From Phycisphaerales bacterium JB054 (GTDB taxonomy: Bacteria > Planctomycetota > Phycisphaerae > Phycisphaerales > UBA1924): a stretch of DNA of 64,000 bases. How positions within the stretch are numbered: the stretch's first letter is position 1; every line of letters starts with the position of its first letter. Both the position numbers and the translations under genes were made by a program. The notes beneath the pieces are model-generated. The model was not told where the DNA came from and did not search any database. It was given only the letters and a program-made list of their open reading frames with translations. The stretch lies in NCBI GenBank assembly GCA_043100935.1, contig JBICHP010000016.1:25520-89519 (forward strand), in the 5' to 3' direction. Below, one piece after another: positions 36,043 through 43,636 of this stretch.

Positions 36043-36185
36043 CCTCCCGGCAGCTCCCAGGCCCCGCCCCGGCTCGTCACGCGCGGCGCCCTCCCGACTC
36101 TCGGCGACACCGGGCGACAAAGACGTGCCGGGCTCGGGCCCCTCGCGCATCCGGGTACGAAACCCCTCGCACCCCGGAGTCCCCG

Positions 36186-37484
36186 ATGCGCACCTCACGA
36201 TTGCTGCTCGCCGCCGCGCTTCTCGCGTCCGCCGCCGTCCCCGCCACCGCCCAGCCCGCCGCCGCCCCGCCCGCCCCGCCCAGTTGGGACACCATCGAGC
36301 AGGTGATCGAGAGCGAGGTCGGCCGCGGCTTCTCCGGCAGCGTCCTGCTCATCCGTGACGGCGAGGTGTTCCTCAACAAGGGCTACGGCCTCGCCGACCG
36401 CGAGCGCAAGATCCCCAACACCCCCGACACGATCTTCGCCCTCGGCTCCACGCCCATCGACTTCACCCACGTCGCCATCCTCCAGCTCCTCGACGCCGGC
36501 AAGCTCGACCTCGACGACCCGGTCTCCAGGTTCTTCGACGACATCCCCGCCGACAAACAGGCCATCACCATCAATCACCTCCGCACCGGCCGCTCCGGGC
36601 TGCCCGACTTCCAGTCGATCCCCGGCGTGGATGTCGATCCCGACCACTCCCCGCTCACCCTCGGCGAGCTCGTCCAGCGGTTCCGCGACGCCAGGCTCCT
36701 CTTCGAGCCGGGCACCGACGACGAACACTCGCACTTTGCCTGGAGCCTCCTCGGCGCGATCGTCGAAGTCGCCAGCGGCCAGTCCTATCAGAGCTACATC
36801 CAGGACCACGTCCTCGACCCCGCCGGCATGTCCCGCACCGGCTTCTACGGCCAGGAGTTCCCCGGCGAGACCGTCGCCGTCGGCTACGGCTTCAAGACCT
36901 GGGGCCAGGTCAACTCCCCGCCCTACTGGGGCGAGACCTCGTGGCTGGTCATGGGCTCCGGCGGCATGGTCGGCACCACCGGCGACCTCCGCAAATTCCA
37001 CCTCGCCATCGATCGCGGCGAACTCGTCCCGGACGCGGTCAGACACCACTTCCCCTTCCGCGGCGTCTACGCCAACGGCAACATGTTCGGCTTTGAGACC
37101 GTCTTTAACCTCGGCGGCGACGACCTCTTCTACATCAACTGCAACTCCTCCGACCCCATCAGCGGCTACTCGGTCGAGCCCCTCGCCATGCAGCTCGAAG
37201 AGCTCTGCGACAACCGGCCCCCCGCCCGCTTCTCCATCGGGCTCGCCTTCGACCTCGCCGACGACGCGCTCATCGCCGCCGAGGTCTTCCCCGACACCCC
37301 CGCCGAACGCGCGGGCCTCAGGCCGGGCGACATCCTCATCAGCGCCAACGGCACACCGTTCGACATCGAAGACCCCCTCGACGCCATCCGCAGCGGCATC
37401 GAGTTCGGCGAGACCCTCCACCTGATCATCAACCGCGGCGGGGCCACGCACCAGCTGACGCTCAAGCCCGCACCGCGCCGGTAG
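36186..37484 (+). CDS. Secreted beta-lactamase-fold (class C/DD-peptidase-like) protein with C-terminal PDZ domain
   Basis: Signal peptide (LLLAAALLASAAVPATAQP). PF00144-like core, but S-x-x-K reads S-T-P-I (FALGSTPIDFT). PDZ-like C-terminus (AEVFPDTPAERAGLRPGDILISANG). Confidence 0.75.
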   Translation: MRTSRLLLAAALLASAAVPATAQPAAAPPAPPSWDTIEQVIESEVGRGFSGSVLLIRDGEVFLNKGYGLADRERKIPNTPDTIFALGSTPIDFTHVAILQLLDAGKLDLDDPVSRFFDDIPADKQAITINHLRTGRSGLPDFQSIPGVDVDPDHSPLTLGELVQRFRDARLLFEPGTDDEHSHFAWSLLGAIVEVASGQSYQSYIQDHVLDPAGMSRTGFYGQEFPGETVAVGYGFKTWGQVNSPPYWGETSWLVMGSGGMVGTTGDLRKFHLAIDRGELVPDAVRHHFPFRGVYANGNMFGFETVFNLGGDDLFYINCNSSDPISGYSVEPLAMQLEELCDNRPPARFSIGLAFDLADDALIAAEVFPDTPAERAGLRPGDILISANGTPFDIEDPLDAIRSGIEFGETLHLIINRGGATHQLTLKPAPRR

Positions 37485-38003
37485 GCCTCACAACACCGGC
37501 ACACCACCGGCCGCGCGCGCACGGCGAGCCGTGACCGCCACGCCGCTCGATGAGAGGCTGGGAGAGCTGCGCAGTCTCGGCGATGCACCGCGCGCAGTGC
37601 ACTCAAGCACGCGACCGGGAAACAACCGGGGCTGGTGAGAACATCGAATCCGCGCGCCCCGCCGATGCCTTGGGTTGCGCGCCGGCTCGCCGCCGCCGTG
37701 CTCTCAAAAAACACCAGTTTTTGCGCGATGGTGCGGACTTGCCCTTGTGTTTTTTCACCAAGCCCCTACGCTGCTCCCGAGTTGAGTGGTTTCCCGCGGG
37801 GTTCTTCCGTCAGGAAGACGCGCCGGGGAGGCGACGGTCTGCGGGAGTCGAGACGCTCCCGCGCCCGTGCTCAGCCGCAACAGTGCAGTCCGTCGTTCCG
37901 GCGGAGCCCGCGTGTGCGGGTGCCGCCGTGGTAAGCACATGAGGGCCGGCAGAGGCGTTTTGCCGGACGGAGAGAGTCTGTTACACGAAGCGAGAGTGCG
38001 AAG

Positions 38004-38780
38004 ATGTCGAAGATGAGCAGCAAGTTGGTGTGCGCTGGAGTGATGGTCGCCGTGGGCGCCGTGGCCTCGGCCGACACCGTCCGAGTGACCAAGTACGTCA
38101 GCCAGTACATCTGGGACGAGACCCCCGTCCGCGGCGTGTCCGATTCGCCCGCAGGCTGGGGCGGAGAGAGCTGGCAGGGCCCGGTCGCCGGCCCCGGCAA
38201 CAAGACCAACTTCTACCTCACCGCGGCCGACATGGTCGAGGCGTTCGGCGGCAACATCAGCATCGGCGACATCGCCAAGATCAGCTTCCACACCAAGCGT
38301 GACACCGGCGACGAGGCCGACGATCTCTTCTTCATGAACGTCTACACCGAGCCCACGGGCTCCGACGACTCGGCCTCCTGGTACAAGAGCCGTCTCCTGA
38401 TCGCCCCCGACGAGGGCGGTTCCCAGACCAACGACGTCTGGCAGCTCTGGTCCAGCGACAACAGCGAGTCCTCCACCAACCAGCTCACGTTCGAGGACAC
38501 CGCCCGCAACGGCTTCAGCGGTCCCGAGGGCGACATCGGCAGCTGGACACTCCCCGGCCGCGACTACTCCACCGAGATGTTCAGCCAGATGGCCATCGGC
38601 ACCAACTCCGGCAACAACGGCAACAACACCTACGTCGACGGCATCACGTTCACCCTCAACGACGGCAGCGTCGGCGAGTTCGACATGCAGTTCACGGTCA
38701 TCCCCCTGCCCACCGGCTCGGCGCTGGCCGGCCTCGGGCTGCTCGGCGTCGCCGCCCGCCGCCGCCGCCCCGAGCTCTAA
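38004..38780 (+). CDS. Secreted protein with PEP-CTERM-type sorting tail
   Basis: Signal peptide (LVCAGVMVAVGAVASA). C-terminus VIPLPTGSALAGLGLLGVAARRRRPEL. Less extreme codon GC than its neighbours. Followed by a strong terminator. Confidence 0.75.
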   Translation: MSKMSSKLVCAGVMVAVGAVASADTVRVTKYVSQYIWDETPVRGVSDSPAGWGGESWQGPVAGPGNKTNFYLTAADMVEAFGGNISIGDIAKISFHTKRDTGDEADDLFFMNVYTEPTGSDDSASWYKSRLLIAPDEGGSQTNDVWQLWSSDNSESSTNQLTFEDTARNGFSGPEGDIGSWTLPGRDYSTEMFSQMAIGTNSGNNGNNTYVDGITFTLNDGSVGEFDMQFTVIPLPTGSALAGLGLLGVAARRRRPEL

Positions 38781-38816
38781 GGCCCGCGGACGCACAACCT
38801 GATCCGATCACCACCC

Positions 38817-38846
38817 GCCCTGTCCGCCCGGACAGGGCGTTTTCTT
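38817..38846 (+). terminator. Rho-independent terminator
   Basis: 9-bp GC-rich stem GCCCTGTCC / GGACAGGGC (38817-38825 and 38830-38838), 4-nt loop, then GTTTTCTT. Confidence 0.75.
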
Positions 38847-38908
38847 GCGCGAGCCCGGTCCCGCGCCGCCCCGCGCGTGCCGCGCCCGATCCCCTACACT
38901 CTCCCCCC

Positions 38909-39874
38909 ATGCTCCAAGCCACCATCAAGCAGCTGCCCTGGATCCTCGCCCTCTTCGTCCTCGGTCCCATCGCCGGGCACCTCACCGGGTCGCTCAGAGC
39001 GCCCGACGGCTCGGCCCAGGCCACGCTGCTGGTCTCCACCGCCCCCGCGATGGGCATCGTCGCCGGGGCCGTCACGCTGCTCTTTGCCCTCGGGGTCGGC
39101 GTCTTCGCGTCCCGCCTCAACGGCTGCCGCTCCGGGCTCAATTCAGCGGGCATCGTCGTCGCCTGGGCCGCCGCGCAGACGGCCACCATCGACGGCATCC
39201 TCCGCCGCACCCAGTCCGACAGCCCGCTGATCGCGCTGGCCGTCGAGGGGCTCATCTTCGGCGCGTTCGCCGTGCCCGTCGCCGCGATCATCTGGCGCGC
39301 CGGCCTCGGCAAGGGCCAGCACGGCGAGCTCCACCCGCTGCCCGATGGCTCGCCCTCGATGCCGGCCTTCCTCACCGCCAACCCGTGGGGCCCCAAGGGC
39401 CTGCGCGACGAGCACGAATCGCTCGGCGCCGGCCTCGTCCGCGCGCTCACCCGCCCCGCCGGCCTCGGCGCCATCGGCGTCACCGTCGTCGTCGGCTTCG
39501 GCATCGCCTACCTCGTCTGCCAGGACACGCTCAAGGGGCAGGCCATCTTCGCAGCCGCACTCGCCGGGATCGTCGCCGTCCCCCTCGGCCGCCTCGCCGG
39601 AGAGTCGCTCAAAGAGCAGCCGCCCATCGCCTCGTTCGTGATCGGCTTTGCGATCCTCGGCCTCGCCGGGCCCCTGGCCGCGAAATTCCTCCACGCCGGC
39701 TCGCTCATCCCCGACCTCTACGCCGGCAGGCTCATCGGCGCCGCCGCCCCGGTCACCCTCGACTGGATCGCCGGGGCCTGCATCGGCCTGCCCATCGGCG
39801 AGGCGTGGTTCCTCGGCATGTTCAAGCCCGCCGAGAAGGCCGCCGGCGGCCGCCCCGGGCCCCGCACCGCCTGA
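38909..39874 (+). CDS. Polytopic membrane protein, unknown function
   Basis: ATG start, seven or more hydrophobic helices, and non-degenerate composition. No recognisable motif. Confidence 0.55.
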   Translation: MLQATIKQLPWILALFVLGPIAGHLTGSLRAPDGSAQATLLVSTAPAMGIVAGAVTLLFALGVGVFASRLNGCRSGLNSAGIVVAWAAAQTATIDGILRRTQSDSPLIALAVEGLIFGAFAVPVAAIIWRAGLGKGQHGELHPLPDGSPSMPAFLTANPWGPKGLRDEHESLGAGLVRALTRPAGLGAIGVTVVVGFGIAYLVCQDTLKGQAIFAAALAGIVAVPLGRLAGESLKEQPPIASFVIGFAILGLAGPLAAKFLHAGSLIPDLYAGRLIGAAAPVTLDWIAGACIGLPIGEAWFLGMFKPAEKAAGGRPGPRTA

Positions 39875-40030
39875 TTTCTGCCGATTCGCCCCCTTTCTCC
39901 CCCCTCCGCCGCGCCATCCCTCGGTCGGTCCGCCGCGTCACCCCTAATGTCCCCGGGGGCGCGACCGGTCCACACCGACATCCACGAAAGGGACACCCCT
40001 TTGGCAACTCCGACCAACACCTCCCAGCCC

Positions 40031-40810
40031 ATGCCCGATGTCCAGGCCCTCCCCGACACCCGCCAGGTCCCCATCGACCGCGTCGGCGTCAAAGAGGTCA
40101 CCTACCCCATGCGGCTCCACACCCGCGACGGCGGCGAGCAGCACACCGTCGCCAAGATCAACATGTACGTCGCCCTCCCGCACTACCAGAAGGGCACGCA
40201 CATGAGCCGCTTCCTCGAGGTGCTCAACGAGCACACCGGCGAGCCGGTCTGCCCCGAGCGCATCCCCGAGATCACCAAGGCCATCCGCGAACGGCTCGAA
40301 GCCAAAGAGGCCCACTTCGAGGCCGAGTTCACCTACTTCATCAACAAGCCCGCCCCCGTCACCGGCCAGAAGGGCCTGATGAACTACGAGGTCAAGTTCG
40401 CCTGCACCGCCAACGGCGACACGGACTTCATCATGTCCGTCGCCGCCCCGGCCCAGAGCCTCTGCCCCTGCTCGAAGGAGATCTCCGAGTACGGCGCCCA
40501 CAACCAGCGCTGCCGCATCGCCGCCGAGGTCCGCACCAGCAGCATGATGTGGATCGAGGACCTCGTCGAGCACCTCGAGGCCGCGGCCTCGGTCCCCGTC
40601 TTCGCCGTCCTCAAGCGCCCCGACGAGAAGTGGGTCACCGAGAAGGCCTACGAGAACCCCAAGTTCGTCGAGGACATCGTCCGCGACCTGGCCACCCGCC
40701 TCGAAGACGACACCCGCGTCGAGTGGTTCAACATCAACAGCGAGAACTTCGAGAGCATCCACTCCCACAACGCCTACGCCGAGATCACCCGCGACAAACG
40801 CGTCCAGTAG
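40031..40810 (+). CDS. folE2: GTP cyclohydrolase I type 2 (FolE2/MptA family)
   Basis: Characteristic FolE2 blocks (IDRVGVKEVTYP, KGTHMSRF, QSLCPCSKEIS, HNQR, ESIHSHNAYA). ATG at 40031. The N-terminal extension in the ORF track is rejected. Confidence 0.85.
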   Translation: MPDVQALPDTRQVPIDRVGVKEVTYPMRLHTRDGGEQHTVAKINMYVALPHYQKGTHMSRFLEVLNEHTGEPVCPERIPEITKAIRERLEAKEAHFEAEFTYFINKPAPVTGQKGLMNYEVKFACTANGDTDFIMSVAAPAQSLCPCSKEISEYGAHNQRCRIAAEVRTSSMMWIEDLVEHLEAAASVPVFAVLKRPDEKWVTEKAYENPKFVEDIVRDLATRLEDDTRVEWFNINSENFESIHSHNAYAEITRDKRVQ

Positions 40811-40908
40811 AGGCCGAACGCAGAGGCCGCAGAGGGACCGCAAAGACCGCAACGCCGCGGCGCCGCCTTCCCGGCGGTGCGATCACCGGCCGGACGCCGG
40901 TGCCACGG

Positions 40909-40985
40909 CCCCGTCCCCCCTCGCTCCCCCTCGCCCCCCCTCGCCCCCCCTCGTCTTCCCCTCGTCTTCCCCTCGTCTCCCCTCC
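40909..40985. repeat. C-rich (G-rich on the minus strand) short tandem repeat, 7 units of 10-12 nt (CCCCTCG[C/T]C..)
   Basis: The sequence reads cccccctcgct ccccctcgcc ccccctcgcc ccccctcgtctt cccctcgtctt cccctcgtct cccctccgcg. The minus strand carries seven or more G4-7 tracts separated by 5-7 nt. Lies between convergent stops (40810, 41033). Confidence 0.85.
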
Positions 40986-41032
40986 GCGCTCTCCGCGTGC
41001 TCCGCGGTTCCACCCGCGCTTCCGCGTTCTGC

Positions 41033-41734
41033 TCACGCCGCCAGCGCGGGCCGCGCCGCGCCACCGCCGCGCGTCCCGAAGCGGACGGTGTGCTGCGCCG
41101 GCGTCCCCCGCGCGGTCGAGCGGAGGGCGGTGATCTGGTAGGTCACGCGGCCGCCCCCGCACCCATCGGCCTCGGCGAGCGCCGCGGCGGGGATGTCGCG
41201 GTCGAGAAACTTTCGTTGGCCGACGGTGGCGACGAGCGTCATCGGCCCGCCCCCCACGCCGCCGATCGACCGCCGCACCTCGTAGACCGTCCCCTCGCTG
41301 CGCGCCGGGTTGTTGCAGTCCCACGCCAGCTCGATCGCGCCGTCCTGCAGCAGCTTGACGCGGAAGCGCGTCGGCGTGCCCGGCGGGGGCACGGCGCTGC
41401 GCGTCTTGGGCGGCGGCACCTGCGCGAGCGCGTAGACCCCGGCGTCGTCGGTCGTCTCGGCGTGGTTCTTGATCGCCGCGAGCATGTCGCTGCCCGCCCC
41501 CGGCCCGCCGTGCATCGCGGCCACCGCGTTGTGGAACCGCTCGGTCGCGGCCATCGCCGCCTGCCGCGCCGCGAGCATGTCGGCGTGGGCCTCACGCGCC
41601 TCGACGGTCAGCGCCGCGAGCTGCGTCACCGCCGGCTCGGTCAGCCCGATCGCCGCGGCGTGCGCGGCCCACGGGTCGATCCGCGTCTCGTAGAACTCGA
41701 CCTTGTCGATCGGACGGCGTGGTGTGGTGGCCAT
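41033..41734 (-). CDS. Hypothetical protein with C-terminal fibronectin-III-like domain
   Basis: ATG at 41734. Helical N-terminal half, then an FN3-like beta segment (PTRFRVKLLQDGAIELAWDCNNPARSEGTVYEVRRS...YQITALRS). The longer GTG start at 41956 would translate the 21-nt repeat array. Confidence 0.5.
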   Translation of the reverse strand: MATTPRRPIDKVEFYETRIDPWAAHAAAIGLTEPAVTQLAALTVEAREAHADMLAARQAAMAATERFHNAVAAMHGGPGAGSDMLAAIKNHAETTDDAGVYALAQVPPPKTRSAVPPPGTPTRFRVKLLQDGAIELAWDCNNPARSEGTVYEVRRSIGGVGGGPMTLVATVGQRKFLDRDIPAAALAEADGCGGGRVTYQITALRSTARGTPAQHTVRFGTRGGGAARPALAA

Positions 41735-41827
41735 GCGTGGAGGGGTCGGCCGCCCCGCACGAGACCTTGACCCCGACCGACAAACCCGCCCCAAACCGGC
41801 AGGAATTGCCGGAGAAACTCCGCGTGT

Positions 41828-41995
41828 CACCCGTTCCCGACGCCTGAGAACCCGTGACGGGTCACCCGTCACGGGTTCTCCGCGGCCGGTCACGGGTGAT
41901 CTGCGGCCGCGCACGGGTGCCCGGTCGCCGCGAACGGGTGCGATGCGGCGATGCACGGGTGTTCCGACGTCGCGGAAGGGTGAACGGTGGCCGAG
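41828..41995. repeat. Intergenic array of 8 units phased at 21 nt built on CACGGGTG / CACCCGT, containing a perfect 35-nt palindrome (41846-41880)
   Basis: Motif starts at 41828 (cacccgt), 41849 (aacccgt), 41870, 41891, 41912, 41933, 41954 (c/aacgggtg) and 41975 (gaagggtg), all exactly 21 nt apart. GAGAACCCGTGACGGGT-C-ACCCGTCACGGGTTCTC is self-complementary. Confidence 0.9.
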
Positions 41996-42240
41996 AACAG
42001 GCCACCGGCGAGCGCAGCGGCATCACTGCGCGGGGAGGAAAGGAGAGGTGGAGGAGAGGGGGGAGGCCGCGAGTGATGGCACCCGGGGATTTGGGCCGCC
42101 CGCCGCTGGCTCGCTAAGGGCAACCTCATTCGCGATCTGTCACCGCGAAGTAACGGCCGCTCTCACGGGCGTTCGCGATCTTCGAAGATGCCTGTAGAGT
42201 GCCGAAGAGGTCACACCCACTCGGATTGAAAGGTATCGTC

Positions 42241-43080
42241 ATGGATACGCCCAAGTTCGGTTTGTACCGGTTTGTGCTGGTTGTTGCAGCACACGCTGCC
42301 AGCGTGTTGTCCGCAGCCGCGCAGGTGGATTTGCAACTCCACCTGAAGATCATCGCCGAGCCCAAGATCGAAACCCGCGATTACTACGACAGGCCTGCAC
42401 CCGAATCCGAGCTTGTGTCCAAGATCGAGATCCGTCGAGGCGAGCCCGTTTCACTCCGATTCCGGCTTGAGAATGTGGGGAGCGAAACGGTCTACATGAC
42501 ACAGTTTCTGAGCCTGCGCTATCCGGAAGACGTCGGTCTCAACGTCACATGGCCCGATGGCAGAACACGAGATGTTCCGGTTGGACCCCGCACAGTGCGG
42601 TGCGGCCGCGGCGGGGCTTCAGTCGGTCTTCTGGCTGGCGAATCCAGCACTTCCGATTCGTTTGTCTTCGAGTATTGGTACAGAACACCCGCCACCGTCG
42701 AATACAAGTATGTATTCGACGAGCCAGGTACGTACCAGGTGACAGCACACTTTCGCAGGCGGAACCCTTATCCCAGAACCGATCAGGTCACGCAGACAGA
42801 TGAGGCAGACGAAAGCGCCAATACCTTTGTCTCTGCTCCGGTGACCGTCACTGTCCTGCCCGAGCAACTGCCCGACTGGGAAGCACTGGTGGCTCACGGC
42901 ATACTCCGGTACATCCGTTCTTCGTACATCGAAATGAGCAAAGTCGCGCCGGAACTCGCCCGTATCGTCGCCGCCACCGATGCGCACTGGCTCAAAGTCT
43001 GGGCCGGCTGGCCCATCTATCGTCCCCAGCCTTCTCGGGAGGAAAGCACGCAGCCCAAGCCCGAAACATCCGGCAGGTGA
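42241..43080 (+). CDS. Secreted hypothetical protein (beta-sandwich-like), in a lower-GC segment
   Basis: ATG at 42241 and signal peptide (FVLVVAAHAASVLSAAAQ). Balanced amino-acid composition with many Lys/Tyr/Ile/Phe codons that are unusual for this window. No recognisable motif. Confidence 0.6.
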   Translation: MDTPKFGLYRFVLVVAAHAASVLSAAAQVDLQLHLKIIAEPKIETRDYYDRPAPESELVSKIEIRRGEPVSLRFRLENVGSETVYMTQFLSLRYPEDVGLNVTWPDGRTRDVPVGPRTVRCGRGGASVGLLAGESSTSDSFVFEYWYRTPATVEYKYVFDEPGTYQVTAHFRRRNPYPRTDQVTQTDEADESANTFVSAPVTVTVLPEQLPDWEALVAHGILRYIRSSYIEMSKVAPELARIVAATDAHWLKVWAGWPIYRPQPSREESTQPKPETSGR

Positions 43081-43098
43081 CACCGACCCGTGCCACCG
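43072..43098 (+). repeat. Left copy of a 27-nt direct repeat GGCAGGTG[A/G]C[A/G]CCGACCCGTGCCACCG
   Basis: 25/27 identity with 43540-43566, and the last 16 nt are identical. Overlaps the TGA stop of 42241..43080. Confidence 0.85.
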
Positions 43099-43152
43099 GC
43101 TTCCAGCCGGTGCGCCCACAGACTGGAAGCGGGGCAACAACAATTTGCCTGG

Positions 43153-43434
43153 TCAGTCCTCGCTGATCCGATCGTCCGTGACCACGCCAAGCAACGTGTC
43201 GGCATCGACAGACACGAGTTCACCTTCACGAGTCCGGATCTGCAGCACACAGGACTCGTCGGTGCTCTCGACGCCGAGCAGCGTTCCGGCAGCGAACATG
43301 TCGATCAGCCGCGTTCCTCCGATCGCGACCTCTGTCTGCCCCGCAAAGACTACGTCACGGCCGATCAGCCCTAGAAGGAAGTCGGTCGAGAATGGCGGTG
43401 AGAGGGTCTCAAATCTGGTGTGATGGGTGGGCAT
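43153..43434 (-). CDS. Small hypothetical protein (93 aa)
   Basis: ATG at 43434. Non-degenerate composition (FETLSPPFSTDFLLGLIGRDVVFAGQTEVAIGG...). Lies between the two 27-nt direct repeats. The remainder of ORF 43153..43983 is rejected. Confidence 0.45.
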   Translation of the reverse strand: MPTHHTRFETLSPPFSTDFLLGLIGRDVVFAGQTEVAIGGTRLIDMFAAGTLLGVESTDESCVLQIRTREGELVSVDADTLLGVVTDDRISED

Positions 43435-43458
43435 CGTGAGGGATTCTACCTGGTATCC

Positions 43459-43512
43459 CCGTGGCACCGCCTTCCAGGCGGTGCGTCCACCGGCTGGAAG
43501 CCGGTGCCACGG
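43459..43512. repeat. Double-hairpin GC-rich palindromic element (GTGCCACCGG family)
   Basis: CCGTGG-CACCGCC-TTCC-AGGCGGTG-CGTC-CACCGGC-TGGAA-GCCGGTG-CCACGG. A related single hairpin CACCGGC-TTCCA-GCCGGTG lies at 43094-43112, with related fragments at 40896-40910 and 21765-21833. Confidence 0.8.
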
Positions 43513-43539
43513 TTTCGATCTCTTTCCTTTCCCCTCTGT

Positions 43540-43636
43540 GGCAGGTGGCGCCGACCCGTGCCACCGACCTCGGCTTTGCGAGGTCGGTGCGGTGTGCCAG
43601 CGGACCACCGACCTGCTCAGAGCAGCAGGTCGGTGG
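43540..43636. repeat. Right copy of the 27-nt direct repeat followed by two further GC-rich hairpins
   Basis: Direct repeat at 43540-43566. Hairpin CACCGACCTCG-GCTTTG-CGAGGTCGGTG (43562-43589). Hairpin CCACCGACCTGCT-CAGAGC-AGCAGGTCGGTGG (43605-43636). Confidence 0.8.

Noticed and set aside
39875-40030. Possible riboswitch or Zur box upstream of folE2.
   Set aside because: I could not recognise a THF/preQ1-type motif or a Zur-like palindrome by eye. The region is simply Pro-codon-like and GC-rich. A cmscan would be needed.
41735-41956. N-terminal extension of the FN3-like gene from the GTG at 41956 (Arg-rich APVRG.R heptads).
   Set aside because: The extension consists solely of the 21-nt DNA repeat and is Arg/Pro/Gly-rich. 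The ATG at 41734 begins the protein-like sequence. It is not fully excluded and is listed as an alternative in the finding.
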